This document shows, in pieces, positions 15,105 to 24,795 of a DNA stretch of 26,686 bases. Origin of the DNA: a virus (lineage: Duplodnaviria; Caudoviricetes); the IMG/VR virus record IMGVR_UViG_3300042347_000468, positions 1 to 26,686 of that record; one strand, 5' to 3'. Below the pieces are notes generated by a model, which saw only the letters and a list, made by a program, of their open reading frames with translations, searched no databases and was not told the DNA's origin. The position numbers were made by a program, and so were the translations under genes. Positions within the stretch are counted from its first letter, which is position 1; every line of letters starts with the position of its first letter.

Positions 15105-15989
15105 TCAGGCCGATCTAGCCGCCCTCGGTGCTATTGCCGAGTTTTCATCATAAAAACCACCGACGCCAACAAAAACGCCGTTGCCAAAAGCAATCGCTCG
15201 AAGTTGGCCGCCAGACCAAGAATTCGATGTCCAAGAGATTCCGTCGTTTGATGTGGCTGCGACAGAAGCAGAGACAAGCACAAACACACCGCCGCCAAAT
15301 GCCATCGCCCCAGAAGGCTGAGCGCCAGGGTAGAAGGCCCACGAAAGCCCGTCCGTGGAAACCATGAATCCTAGGGAAGTCGCGACAACGAAACTGCCTC
15401 CGCCAAACGCAATTGAGCGTATTGTCCCAGAGCCGCTTGGGTAAGTGCCTTGCGTCCACGAAGTTCCGTCCGTCGTCGCAAACGGCGAAGATGCCCCAGC
15501 ACTTACGAAAACTCCGTTCCCGTAAGCAATAGACGCGTTGACGCCAAACGGCGTGGTGCGGTTAGACCAAAACTGCCCCGTAGACGAAATCATTCCGTTC
15601 CCGGCTCCGTCAACAGCAAGAAACAGTCCGCCGCCAAACACGACTTTTTGCCAACTTCTTTGCGATGATGCGTTGCGTGCAGTCCAATCTATGCCGTTCG
15701 TCGATGTCATCGCTCTACTGAGGCCAGAACTCGACACGGCAACGAAACGGCCGCCCCCAAACGCAACGCTTTGCCACTCGTTCTGCTCGGAGGCCGAGCG
15801 CCCCGTCCACGACTCGCCGGTCGTAGAGGTCATTACGCGATTAGTGCCGTCAGTGCTGACGGCAGCAAAAACACCGTTGCCAAAAGCAACATCTCGCCAG
15901 ATGCCCGAGACGGCAGTCCGCAGCGTCCACGCAGAGCCAGCGGCGGGCGCGAGCAGGCGACCAGTAAAAAGGCCAGCCTTGCATCTCAT
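15105..15989 (-). CDS. Beta-propeller repeat protein (BNR/Asp-box-like), probable receptor-binding tail component
   Basis: About seven repeats of (V/I)AFG(N/G)GxFVAV.....S.DG..W; ATG 15989 overlaps the upstream stop. Confidence 0.75.
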   Translation of the reverse strand: MRCKAGLFTGRLLAPAAGSAWTLRTAVSGIWRDVAFGNGVFAAVSTDGTNRVMTSTTGESWTGRSASEQNEWQSVAFGGGRFVAVSSSGLSRAMTSTNGIDWTARNASSQRSWQKVVFGGGLFLAVDGAGNGMISSTGQFWSNRTTPFGVNASIAYGNGVFVSAGASSPFATTDGTSWTQGTYPSGSGTIRSIAFGGGSFVVATSLGFMVSTDGLSWAFYPGAQPSGAMAFGGGVFVLVSASVAATSNDGISWTSNSWSGGQLRAIAFGNGVFVGVGGFYDENSAIAPRAARSA

Positions 15990-16630
15990 TGAGTAAGGTC
16001 GCCAACGAAAAGCCAAGTGTCAGCAGCCACCTCAATCAACGTGCCTGCCGAGTATTGAGCGCGCAGCGTTCTTCCTGGGGTTGCATTCACTGTGACGCCC
16101 GGATCGCCGACCACCGTGACGGTTGCCGCCCCCAGACGGGCAACGTCGATGTGCGTGCCAAGTGGAAAGTTTACGGACGCTCCGGCCGGAACGGTGATGT
16201 TGATGCTGGTGCTGGCGTGATTGGCGGCGATAAGTTTCCCGGCATCGCTCAACACAAGCGTGTAGTTTGAAGTGACCGAGGTTATTGACTGAGCGTCCGC
16301 GAAAGTTCCGCTCGTGCCGTTTGTGCCGTTGGTTCCGCTTGGCCCGGTGTCTCCGCGTGGAATCACCAGCGACAAGGTTTGGCTCGGCGGCGTCCCGGTG
16401 ATCGTCGCGGATGCGTTTGATTGAGCCGCCCCGGTGATGACGGTGCCAATTGTGAGCGCGTTTGCCGGGCCAGAGTCCCCCTTCGGCCCGCGATCGCCGA
16501 CGCTGGTTACTGCTACATTCGCCGTCCCGCCATTCGTGATCGTCGGTGCTGGAGTGCCTGTGGAGCCTGGCACAGTGACCGTCGTAGTCGTGCCACCCGA
16601 GACCGTGACCGTAACCGCATTGCCGGGCAT
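15986..16630 (-). CDS. Tail fibre protein with short collagen-like segments
   Basis: GDRGPKGDSGP and GDTGPSGTNGTNGTSG segments, Thr-rich composition, and a C-terminal YTLVLSDAGKLI...FPLGT...QYS..TL....DTWL.VGDL domain common in phage tail proteins. Confidence 0.75.
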   Translation of the reverse strand: MPGNAVTVTVSGGTTTTVTVPGSTGTPAPTITNGGTANVAVTSVGDRGPKGDSGPANALTIGTVITGAAQSNASATITGTPPSQTLSLVIPRGDTGPSGTNGTNGTSGTFADAQSITSVTSNYTLVLSDAGKLIAANHASTSINITVPAGASVNFPLGTHIDVARLGAATVTVVGDPGVTVNATPGRTLRAQYSAGTLIEVAADTWLFVGDLTQ

Positions 16631-16638
16631 CTGCTACC

Positions 16639-16995
16639 TCACGGATTCTGGGCAGTAACGGTGCCGCTCAACACCGTTCGCGTCACACCGCCAGGCGAGA
16701 CCCAACGGAGAAACCAGCGGCTCGACCCGGTCGGCGAGATCGCAAGCGTCTGCGTCTCGGTCATGCTGACCTGGACGGTGCTCGATGTGACGTTGTTCGT
16801 CGTCGCCATCGTGACCGTAACTGTCGGCGTCGCAACCGGCGTGCTGATCGCATCCGCTCCGAAGCCGCTGTAGACCGCAGCCGTTACGGTGAAGTCTGTG
16901 AGATTGGTTGCAGCGAACACGGCCGAGAATGTGACCTCGTCGCCACGGACGATCTGCACGTCGAGATCGCCAGGAAGCTGTGAAAAAACGGCCAT
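16639..16995 (-). CDS. BppU-like fibre/baseplate adaptor
   Basis: 118-aa beta-rich protein (DVQIVRGD...NLTDFT..A.V...VLSGTVT) immediately before the fibre gene. Confidence 0.55.
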   Translation of the reverse strand: MAVFSQLPGDLDVQIVRGDEVTFSAVFAATNLTDFTVTAAVYSGFGADAISTPVATPTVTVTMATTNNVTSSTVQVSMTETQTLAISPTGSSRWFLRWVSPGGVTRTVLSGTVTAQNP

Positions 16996-17021
16996 CGGCA
17001 GCCCTTTGGTGGTGTGCCGTT

Positions 17022-17055
17022 AGCCTACGGGCGGGGGCGGATTAGACAGAGGGGG
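17022..17055 (-). promoter_or_regulatory. Putative phage late promoter (copy 3)
   Basis: CCCCCT-N22-TAGGCT. Confidence 0.65.
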
Positions 17056-17110
17056 TGGCGAAACGCCAGCGTAGCTAACGCATTGAATGCCATGCAGAAA
17101 CCATGCAATC

Positions 17111-19072
17111 CTAGCCTAGCGTCAGCGTGATCTGCGCCGCTGTGCGAGTCCAATCAGACTGCGGAACCGTACTCACTTGCGTATACAAATCGTTGCTGAA
17201 TGTCACCGATCCCTGAGAGAAAAGCTGCCTTATTTGTGCGTCGGAAACAAAAAACGGGTTGGCATTGCTAACAGTAATCGACGCTGCGAGCGAAAGGCTG
17301 AGTGGCGGCCTCTGCTCTCTCCATTCCTCCCAAGCGTAATACACGAACTGAAGCGGCCTTTCGGCGCACCGAGGAGCAAAATACGGGAAAGCGGCCGCAT
17401 TGCCAGTAAACTGGTACGGGTCCGCATTGCTAGAACTTGCAGTCTGCAAAGGCCCAGGCCGCGCGCTCTGCGTTTCCCGCGATGCTGTTATGGCTACCGG
17501 CGACCAAAACAAGCAGCGAAAAGTACCGACGTAACCAGTGGAAAAAAAGTTTAGCGTATCCACCTTGCCGCTACGCGCCGCCTCTGAGGTGCTCAATTCA
17601 AAATTGTTTTGGGCGGCAATGCTTTTTGCGCTGCTTTCAATGACCGGCCAGATTGCAAGCCGCGCCTCCGACTTTCCCTGCATGATCGCCTTGTAATCGA
17701 AGGTTCTAATAAGCGGCGCAGCGGCAAGCTCCTCCTCTCGTCTGCTTTTGAAGTCCGCAGTCTGCTGCTGCTGACCTGCGAGATTGGCAGCCCATTGCTG
17801 CCGCACGAAATCTTTTGTTGACTGCGGAGCGCCTTGCCATGATTGTTCAGGCGGACCGATATACCCAGAAAGTGTGCTATTCAGCCACCGCAGTTTTCCC
17901 GAATCAGGCAAAGAGTCAAACTCTGGAAATTCGTCAAGGAAGCGGTAGCTCTCGTTGCCGGAGACAACTATCTTTCCCGAAAAAAACGGGGTGATAGCGA
18001 GGTACGGATCTCCTGGGTCTGTGCCTTCCAGCGACGACGGTGCCTTCGGGCCAGACCAATACAGCGCATCAAACCCATTGACTTGGCTGCGTTGCGTCAC
18101 CACGTCGAACGAGCGTCCACTGATTGCCCTGACGGCGGCCCTGACTTCTGGCTGCCAAAAGTTAGGCGTGCCAGTAATAGAAATTGAAATGCTTATCTTC
18201 GATGGATCGCTTGCCCCTGGCAGGTAGCCAATCCGGCCAGAGCTCGACGCATAGACGCCAAAGGATGCTCTGTCGACCCTGTCGCGCTGGGCTGGCGAGC
18301 TAGGGCTGTTCTGCTCGGCCTGGAAAAATGCCGGCGACACTTCAGAACGATCTGGACCGGCCGCCTTCGCGATTGTCACGGGCGGCACATAGCAGACGAT
18401 TCCAGATGCCGGAGCCATAGTAAACTCCCCCAGGTCATTGCCTGCGGAAGTAGGGGAAGCAGAGCCGTCGCTGGACGGATCCCATGTTGTGATAAGTAGC
18501 GACGGATTTTTTGATATGTGACCTGCATCCCATGACAATGCAGACCTTTGCCGAACGTCCGGCCTGCCTGTCGAAAAATCGTCGACTCCGGCCATCAGCC
18601 CAAAAGCGCTAGCACGAAATCCGCTGTTTGTCCGCAAGAGAGAAAATATTGCGCTACGGTCGCTGGCGAACGATACTCCGCCCGAAAACGTCGCGCTCTG
18701 AACAAACCTGTCGACTAGAACAACCTCTTGCCCGTCAACGACATTCCCGCAGCGAATCCTCACTCCCGAGTTGAGTATCGGCTGATCTGTCGCGTAGTCA
18801 TGCGCGGAAACAACTCGTAGCTGCTGGTCTGTGGCGATGCGGAAAAAAACGCCGCTTTGGAGATCGTCATCCGAAAAAAAGTATGCGGTGCGATTGATTG
18901 GTGCCGCAAAGCCAACATAGCTCCAACTCAGGACGCAACTGTTTGGGTACGCACCGTCCCATGAACTGTCGGGAACGAAACGCAATCTCAATTGCTGTCC
19001 GGGCATTTGCGCCCAGCGGCCGCTGCGGTCTTGTGTCCGAACCAAGCCTTCCAGCGAAACTGAATCTGTCAT
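17111..19072 (-). CDS. Large hypothetical protein (653 aa), probably tail tip / host-specificity
   Basis: ATG 19072 overlaps the upstream TGA. Located between post-TMP genes and fibres, visibly more AT-rich than its flanks, with no recognisable motif. Confidence 0.6.
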   Translation of the reverse strand: MTDSVSLEGLVRTQDRSGRWAQMPGQQLRLRFVPDSSWDGAYPNSCVLSWSYVGFAAPINRTAYFFSDDDLQSGVFFRIATDQQLRVVSAHDYATDQPILNSGVRIRCGNVVDGQEVVLVDRFVQSATFSGGVSFASDRSAIFSLLRTNSGFRASAFGLMAGVDDFSTGRPDVRQRSALSWDAGHISKNPSLLITTWDPSSDGSASPTSAGNDLGEFTMAPASGIVCYVPPVTIAKAAGPDRSEVSPAFFQAEQNSPSSPAQRDRVDRASFGVYASSSGRIGYLPGASDPSKISISISITGTPNFWQPEVRAAVRAISGRSFDVVTQRSQVNGFDALYWSGPKAPSSLEGTDPGDPYLAITPFFSGKIVVSGNESYRFLDEFPEFDSLPDSGKLRWLNSTLSGYIGPPEQSWQGAPQSTKDFVRQQWAANLAGQQQQTADFKSRREEELAAAPLIRTFDYKAIMQGKSEARLAIWPVIESSAKSIAAQNNFELSTSEAARSGKVDTLNFFSTGYVGTFRCLFWSPVAITASRETQSARPGPLQTASSSNADPYQFTGNAAAFPYFAPRCAERPLQFVYYAWEEWREQRPPLSLSLAASITVSNANPFFVSDAQIRQLFSQGSVTFSNDLYTQVSTVPQSDWTRTAAQITLTLG

Positions 19073-19671
19073 ATTGAGATCAGCGCGAAGTCGTCGTCTA
19101 TAGCAATTACGAACCGACCGTACCCGGCGGCTGATGTCTCTAGTGTGCCGCGCAGCAATTCGGTCGTTTCGGACGTTGAACGTCTCGTCGGAAGCGCGAC
19201 ATATCTGTCGGAGGTTGAAAACCGTCGCACACGCGCGATTGCCAACCCCTTGACCGCGCAACGGACGACCGTCGTTCCGCCTTGACCAGACTTTATCGGC
19301 TCCACGGTTAGCGCAAACATTTCCGGGGCGGGCAGGGCAGTCGTCGAAGTCATGTCAGTCGGCTCTGCGACGGAGCCAGAAATAAATGAGATTCCGAACG
19401 GCAGCAGTTTGTCGTTGACTTGTGACTTGGAGGTCTGGCAAGAGGAAATTTTTATAGCCACGCCGATGTGTGGATAATCCACAGCCGGGACGGTAGTCAG
19501 TCGCACCGGCACGACGATTGCGTACTGGAGATCCGAGAAACCGCCAGCACCGAACCCAGTCCCCACCCCGAGCACTCGATCAGCCGCATCCTGCGCGCGG
19601 TTCCACGCCCGCGCCGAGATCGCCCCGGCGAGCTTCTGCCCCGGCTCAATTCGTCCGTCGTTGCGGGCCAT
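19069..19671 (-). CDS. Tail-associated protein
   Basis: Second gene after the tape measure; TAATG coupling. Confidence 0.6.
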   Translation of the reverse strand: MARNDGRIEPGQKLAGAISARAWNRAQDAADRVLGVGTGFGAGGFSDLQYAIVVPVRLTTVPAVDYPHIGVAIKISSCQTSKSQVNDKLLPFGISFISGSVAEPTDMTSTTALPAPEMFALTVEPIKSGQGGTTVVRCAVKGLAIARVRRFSTSDRYVALPTRRSTSETTELLRGTLETSAAGYGRFVIAIDDDFALISI

Positions 19672-20564
19672 TACGAAGTCCCGATGCCGAGGCCGGAGAA
19701 ATCGCCCTCGCGGTAGACCGTGTTGACGTAGACGTACTTTGGCTTTTTCACCAAATCGCTACCGCTCACCGAGCTCTCGTAGCGCACCCAGAGATATTCG
19801 TGGCCCTTCTTTTCAATGCCGGTGATCGAGCCGATCGTCTGGCCTGTCAGGTTCTTAGACGCCACGAACTTGAACGAGAGCGACCAGGGGCCGTCGCCCT
19901 TTTCGCTATCCCACTCCTGCGAGCCGCTCGCGCCCAGGAAGAGCACCTCGCCAGCCTCAAACGTCCTGAACGCTGCGCCGTTGGTCGTGCCGGTCAGGGC
20001 CGCCACGCTCTTGATGTAATTGCTAGTGACGTAGGTGCTCTTTACGTCATACGTCTCCGTCCACGTCAGGGCTGGCACGACGATGTCGACGCCTTGCACG
20101 CCGTTGTCATCAACGCCGATTGCGGAGTCCATGCTCGGGGCGGTCGAAGGAAAACGCCGCTCCGTCCCGGTTCGCGTGGTCGTGCTGCCGTTCGCGTTGA
20201 TCTTGCCACCGTCAGCCTGCGTGATGTGGGACATACCGCCCGACGTGTCGAACGATCGCGACCGCCGCATCGGGTCAGGCTCTTGCGCGTCAGCCCCGAC
20301 CTTCTCGTATTGAATATCGACGTGCCATGCGTCGTCGCCGAGGTAGTCGACCGAATAGGCTTCCGCCTGAAGTTGGACGTTGGCCCCTGGGTATTGCCAA
20401 AACCGGAGCGTGCTGGAAATCCTCTGGTTGCAGTCAGCGTGCAACGTCACGTCGCTTGCGTGGCCGAAGACCTTGTAGGACCGCGTCATCGTGGACGCGG
20501 CCTTCTTGCCGAGACGGTAGATCGTCGCGGAGCGCGATGCGTTATCTTCGATCCACGTTGCCAT
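19671..20564 (-). CDS. Tail-tip protein (distal-tail/hub position)
   Basis: Beta-rich 297-aa ORF directly after the tape measure; TAATG coupling. Confidence 0.65.
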   Translation of the reverse strand: MATWIEDNASRSATIYRLGKKAASTMTRSYKVFGHASDVTLHADCNQRISSTLRFWQYPGANVQLQAEAYSVDYLGDDAWHVDIQYEKVGADAQEPDPMRRSRSFDTSGGMSHITQADGGKINANGSTTTRTGTERRFPSTAPSMDSAIGVDDNGVQGVDIVVPALTWTETYDVKSTYVTSNYIKSVAALTGTTNGAAFRTFEAGEVLFLGASGSQEWDSEKGDGPWSLSFKFVASKNLTGQTIGSITGIEKKGHEYLWVRYESSVSGSDLVKKPKYVYVNTVYREGDFSGLGIGTS

Positions 20565-23368
20565 TAGGCGGCGACCTCCCCTGCCCCGAGCTTTTCTTTC
20601 AGAATGCGGTTGGTTTCCTTCTGCTCATCCAATTGCTTCGATGCTAGCGAACCGCCAAAGCCCATTCCGCCGAGGGCTGACGAGGAGAAGGAGCCCGCCA
20701 CTTCGCCTTGGCTGGACTGCTGCATACGACCAACCGCATTCTCCAAGGCGAACATCAGATCCGACTCTTGCTCGCCCGTGATGCGGCCGAATTGCTTCAA
20801 CGCCTTGAATTCGCCGATGGCGTCGTCGAGAGCACTCTCGGAGCCAGCGCGGTTGATGCTCTTCATAAGGTCGCCAACCTGACCACTCATGGCCCTCGGG
20901 TTGATGCCTTCGAGCCCGGCAACGCCTGCGAGCATCGCGGCATCCGGCCCGGCTGCGGCACCAGCGCCGAGCCTCATGGCGGCGATCTTCTTCGGGTCCG
21001 GACCCGCTTCCTTCTCTGCCCGCCTGGCAGCGGCAAGGGCTGCGATGTCGATCACTCTTTGGTCAAGCCCAGCCTGACCAGCCGCCCTCTTGGCATCGTT
21101 CTCTGTGACCTTTCCGAGCCTGGCGTCTTGCCGAGCGCTGAGCGCCTTGAGCGTCGGGTCTTTTGTGAGAATCGCTGGATTCTCGCCAATCGCCATTTGC
21201 ATTCCGAGCGTAGGGTTTGCGGCGAAGGTCGCAAACGCATCGAGCGTATTCATGATGTCGGCACTAAGACCGTCCACCTTCGACATCAACGCCCCTGCCC
21301 CGCGAGCGAAGGCGGCGACCACGCCATCCATCGCAGCCCTCATCGCCAGTTCCATGTCTCCGGCCGCGAGAGCGTCAGAAACCGCGCCAAAGGTTGTCAT
21401 GGCGATCTGTTTCAGATCGTTGAACACGACGACGGATTCAGAGACAGCCTTATTGAAACTCTCCCTGACGCTAGAGCCGAGATCAAACACCAGAGTCGAC
21501 AACTGCGAAACGACGACAATCGCACCGCCGACCACGCCAGCCAGCGCCAGGAGCGGCGTGTTTGCGGCCGCCCAGGCCAACGCAGTCGCCCCTGCCGAGG
21601 CGATTGACGATGCCGCGTAGGCCGCCATTGAGGCCAGCGACTTGGCGAACGACGCCACCGTCAGAGCCCCCGTCGCCGTGGCCTGTGTGCCGATGGTCGC
21701 CAGTGCGGTTGAGCCCTGCACGCCAAGACGAAGAAGCTGCGTCCCGCCCTGCGTCGACAGCCTCGCAATCTGAGCCCCGGCGATCAGAGCGCTCGACGCC
21801 CCGGAAGCGCCGATCTTCGCCATCGCCTGCACGCCAATCGCAGCCGCACGCAAGTTGCCTTCGGCGGCGCGGGCCACCGTGGCAGACATGATCGAGATCG
21901 TCCCGGCGAAATAGTTGGTCGCCACCGCCCCGGTCTGCGCGGCCGAGATCGCCATCTTCGCCGTCGCCTCTGCCGCGAACTGTGCGACAGCAGCAATGCC
22001 GCGAGATGCGAAGAGGCTGACCCGAACGGAGGCAGCGGTGAACGCTTGGCCGAGCGAGCTTGCGACCGCCGCCGTGGCCGTGAGCGGCGAGATGATGAGG
22101 CTGCCTAGCTTCAGGAACCCGCCAGCCGCAAAGCTCATCGCCTGGAGCGACAGCCCGAGCGTCGTGAACGCCGAGCCGGCAACGATCGCACCGGCAGCCA
22201 TTTTTGCGATTGATGCGACAACGGCCGGGTTCTCGCGAGCGAACTGAGCCAGCCAGTCCAAGGCACCTGCGACTTGCTTTGCGAACTCCATCAAGGCCGG
22301 GCCGACAGCCTCGCCGATCGCAATGGCGGCCCGCTTCATCGCAGCGAGGACGGTTCCACCCGCCCCGGCGAGCCCGCTCATCATCGTCTTGAACTTATCG
22401 CCAACAGACATCGCCCCGCCCATCGCGGTAGTCATGTCGTTGAAGCCTTTGACGCCAGTGCTCGTCAGGATCGCAGCAGCACGAATGGCATCCTGCCCGA
22501 AGATTTGCCGGAAGATGTCATCCTTCGCCGCCTGGTTGAGCCCAGCGAGCGACTTGTTGAGCACTCCAATGATGTCGACGAGCGGACGCATCTTGCCATC
22601 GGCGGTGCGGAAACTCTCCACAGAAAGCCCGATTGACTTGAGCGCGCCGACCGCCTCGTCTGCCGGGGCCATGAGCCGCAGGAGCATCGTCTTGAGCGAA
22701 GTGCCGGCGTCGCTTCCCTTCACGCCAGCGTTGGCGAGAACCGCCAGAGCTGCCGACGTGCTGCCAATCGACTGATTCGCCAGAGCGGCAACCGCCGACA
22801 CCTGCGAGAACGCCTGCGACAGACCGGCAATCGACGTGCTTGAAGCATCAGCCGCCGAGGAGATCGCATTGGCCGCCACGTCAGCGGTCACGCCAAAGAC
22901 CTTCATGGCGTCTGCCATCACGACTCCAGCCTCGGCCACGTCCATCTGGCCCACAGTCGCAAACTCAATCGCCGCCTGCCCTGCCCCGGCGAGCACCTGC
23001 TCGACGGTCATGCCAGCCTTGAGTAATTCCAAGAATGAGTTGGCGATCTGCGTCGGCCCGACGCCCAGCGCCTGCGACATCTGCATGGACGCCGCCTTGA
23101 GCCGGTCGAGCTCCTGGGCCGTCACACCGGCAGACGCTTGGATATTCAACAGCGTCGACTGATAGGCCGAGCCTTCGCGCACCGCAGCGGCAAACGGCGC
23201 GAGCGTCGCCACGCCGATGCCGCCGATCTTCGCCCCAGCCCCGGCGAGCGAGCGGCCCATATTGGCCATCGCCTTGTTGATGCGATTCAACGCAGCGAAG
23301 AACTTGCGCGGGTCTGCCCCGATCTCGACGAATACGCCGCCGCCTTTGATTGCTCCAGCGTTGCTCAT
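20564..23368 (-). CDS. Tail tape measure protein (TP901-type core)
   Basis: 934 aa, Ala-rich and helical, with the motif LAVLANAGVKGSDAGTSLKTMLLRL and IFGQDA; follows the tail chaperone. Confidence 0.95.
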   Translation of the reverse strand: MSNAGAIKGGGVFVEIGADPRKFFAALNRINKAMANMGRSLAGAGAKIGGIGVATLAPFAAAVREGSAYQSTLLNIQASAGVTAQELDRLKAASMQMSQALGVGPTQIANSFLELLKAGMTVEQVLAGAGQAAIEFATVGQMDVAEAGVVMADAMKVFGVTADVAANAISSAADASSTSIAGLSQAFSQVSAVAALANQSIGSTSAALAVLANAGVKGSDAGTSLKTMLLRLMAPADEAVGALKSIGLSVESFRTADGKMRPLVDIIGVLNKSLAGLNQAAKDDIFRQIFGQDAIRAAAILTSTGVKGFNDMTTAMGGAMSVGDKFKTMMSGLAGAGGTVLAAMKRAAIAIGEAVGPALMEFAKQVAGALDWLAQFARENPAVVASIAKMAAGAIVAGSAFTTLGLSLQAMSFAAGGFLKLGSLIISPLTATAAVASSLGQAFTAASVRVSLFASRGIAAVAQFAAEATAKMAISAAQTGAVATNYFAGTISIMSATVARAAEGNLRAAAIGVQAMAKIGASGASSALIAGAQIARLSTQGGTQLLRLGVQGSTALATIGTQATATGALTVASFAKSLASMAAYAASSIASAGATALAWAAANTPLLALAGVVGGAIVVVSQLSTLVFDLGSSVRESFNKAVSESVVVFNDLKQIAMTTFGAVSDALAAGDMELAMRAAMDGVVAAFARGAGALMSKVDGLSADIMNTLDAFATFAANPTLGMQMAIGENPAILTKDPTLKALSARQDARLGKVTENDAKRAAGQAGLDQRVIDIAALAAARRAEKEAGPDPKKIAAMRLGAGAAAGPDAAMLAGVAGLEGINPRAMSGQVGDLMKSINRAGSESALDDAIGEFKALKQFGRITGEQESDLMFALENAVGRMQQSSQGEVAGSFSSSALGGMGFGGSLASKQLDEQKETNRILKEKLGAGEVAA

Positions 23369-23652
23369 GCGTATTTGGCCCAGTCTTTGCCGAAGAGCCG
23401 CTCAAGATCCTCGGGAGTTGCCTCTCGCGCCTTGGGCTTCGTCTTCTTGGCGAACGGGTTGAACTTTCGGGGGTCTGCCTTCGGGCTGTGCTTGTCTCGG
23501 TGAATGTTTGCCTGTTGAGCGATGAGGTTGGCCGTGTGCCACCACTGATGCTCTAGGCGGCTGTCTCTAGCCGCAATGAGTTGTCGGAGAGTCCACTTGC
23601 CGGGGTGGACGCCGAGGATTCCGGCGGCTTCCCAGATGGTGTCCCAGACTGT
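23365..23652 (-). CDS. Tail assembly chaperone 'T' portion (no start codon; -1 frame of upstream gene; 5' boundary approximate)
   Basis: Manual translation gives VWDTIWEAAGILGVHPGKWTLRQLIAARDSRLEHQWWHTANLIAQQANIHRDK...FNPFAK...DWAKYA*, with the stop overlapping the TMP ATG. Absent from the ORF track. Confidence 0.75.
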   Translation of the reverse strand, partial: TVWDTIWEAAGILGVHPGKWTLRQLIAARDSRLEHQWWHTANLIAQQANIHRDKHSPKADPRKFNPFAKKTKPKAREATPEDLERLFGKDWAKYA

Positions 23653-24107
23653 GCGATCAGCGTCTCCGCGCTCGCGGCTTCCAGACCCGCCTCCGCTTTC
23701 GTCAGCATCTCGCCTGCCACTTCGTCCATCTTGGCGGCGAGAAGACCGATCATCTTGCGGAGGCGCGGCGGGAAAAAATCGACAAGCTCGGCCTCCAACG
23801 CTTTGACGCCCGCGTCGAGAGCATCGCCCCGCAGACCTTCGAGGAAGGCTTCCTTGTCGAGCCCCTTCTCCGCGACCTGCTTCACAAGGATCGCGTAGAG
23901 CACTTCGCCAATCTTGGCGTATTGGGTGCGGAGCACTTGAAACGTCTGCGAGATCGAGGCGGCGTCGACCAAGTCAAACGGCACCGTCCGCCTGGTGCCG
24001 TCCTCGTCGGTCACGTCGACTGACACAAGGTCTTTAACTCGCAACGCAGACGCCACGGTCAGCGCCAGCCTCCACGGTCTGCCCTCATCGTCTTTGAACT
24101 CACGCAT
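23553..24107 (-). CDS. Tail assembly chaperone (gpG-like)
   Basis: Located between the tail-tube genes and TMP, with an overlapping -1 frame ORF at its 3' end. Confidence 0.8.
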   Translation of the reverse strand: MREFKDDEGRPWRLALTVASALRVKDLVSVDVTDEDGTRRTVPFDLVDAASISQTFQVLRTQYAKIGEVLYAILVKQVAEKGLDKEAFLEGLRGDALDAGVKALEAELVDFFPPRLRKMIGLLAAKMDEVAGEMLTKAEAGLEAASAETLIAQSGTPSGKPPESSASTPASGLSDNSLRLETAA

Positions 24108-24110
24108 TGG

Positions 24111-24461
24111 CTACCTCAGTCCTGTGCGGGTCATCTTGCACTCAACAGAGAACGTAGCGACCCCGTCAACGGAAAAGGTTTCCGAGATGCCTGTCACGAC
24201 CGCCGGGAACGACCAATTGCCAGAGCCGCCCGACACGGTGATCGACGTGCCGTTTTCGAGCAGGTCGAAGCTGATGTCGCTGGCGTCGTTCAACTCAACC
24301 GTAACAGTCGCGTCGTAGCCGGTGTTGTAAACCTCGACCATCCGCGACCCGAACGCCTCAATGTCGATCGTGCGGGCCGTCTCCGTAAGGGTGACGCTCC
24401 GCGCGCTGGCGATGTTGCCGCCCAACGAGATCGAGCAGTCCTTCCCCAGCGTGATCGCCAC
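24111..24461 (-). CDS. Tail tube-like protein, paralogue 3
   Basis: ITLGKD...ARSVT.....ID...SVDGVATFSV. Confidence 0.7.
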   Translation of the reverse strand: MAITLGKDCSISLGGNIASARSVTLTETARTIDIEAFGSRMVEVYNTGYDATVTVELNDASDISFDLLENGTSITVSGGSGNWSFPAVVTGISETFSVDGVATFSVECKMTRTGLR

Positions 24462-24464
24462 GGG

Positions 24465-24776
24465 TCAGGTTCCGCCCCTGACCGTGATCGTAAACGTCAC
24501 GGCACCGTCGACGCTGATGTTCTCGGTGACGCTGGTCACGGTGGCCCCGTTGTCGGCGTTGGCGTCCAGCAGGTCCGTCATCGCCGTGCCGGGATCGTGG
24601 CACTCGATCTCCCAGGTGACGGCCTTGAAGCCAGCCCGCGAGACCCGGTAGCCAGCCGAAGTGTTCGAGCGGTTCGAGACATCGACCGCCTCCGACTCGA
24701 CGGTCTTGGTGACGCTGATGATGTTGCCGCCGTAAGGCGCGGAAAGCGATCCGCTGCGGCCGAGAGTGACTGCCAT
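24465..24776 (-). CDS. Tail tube-like protein, paralogue 2
   Basis: VTLGR...ISVT.....VD...WEIEC...SVDGAVTFTI. Confidence 0.7.
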   Translation of the reverse strand: MAVTLGRSGSLSAPYGGNIISVTKTVESEAVDVSNRSNTSAGYRVSRAGFKAVTWEIECHDPGTAMTDLLDANADNGATVTSVTENISVDGAVTFTITVRGGT

Positions 24777-24795
24777 GTGTATTGGCTCCTAGTGA

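Noticed and set aside
17540-18880. A7-A8 homopolymers as phase-variation sites
   Set aside because: They encode in-frame Phe-Phe codons in an intact ORF and are too short to be persuasive.
15105-19072. Diversity-generating retroelement or invertible tail-fibre shufflon
   Set aside because: I saw no reverse transcriptase, template/variable repeat pair, inverted fibre cassettes or flanking inverted repeats. The propeller repeats are protein-level only. A self-dotplot would be needed to exclude this fully.
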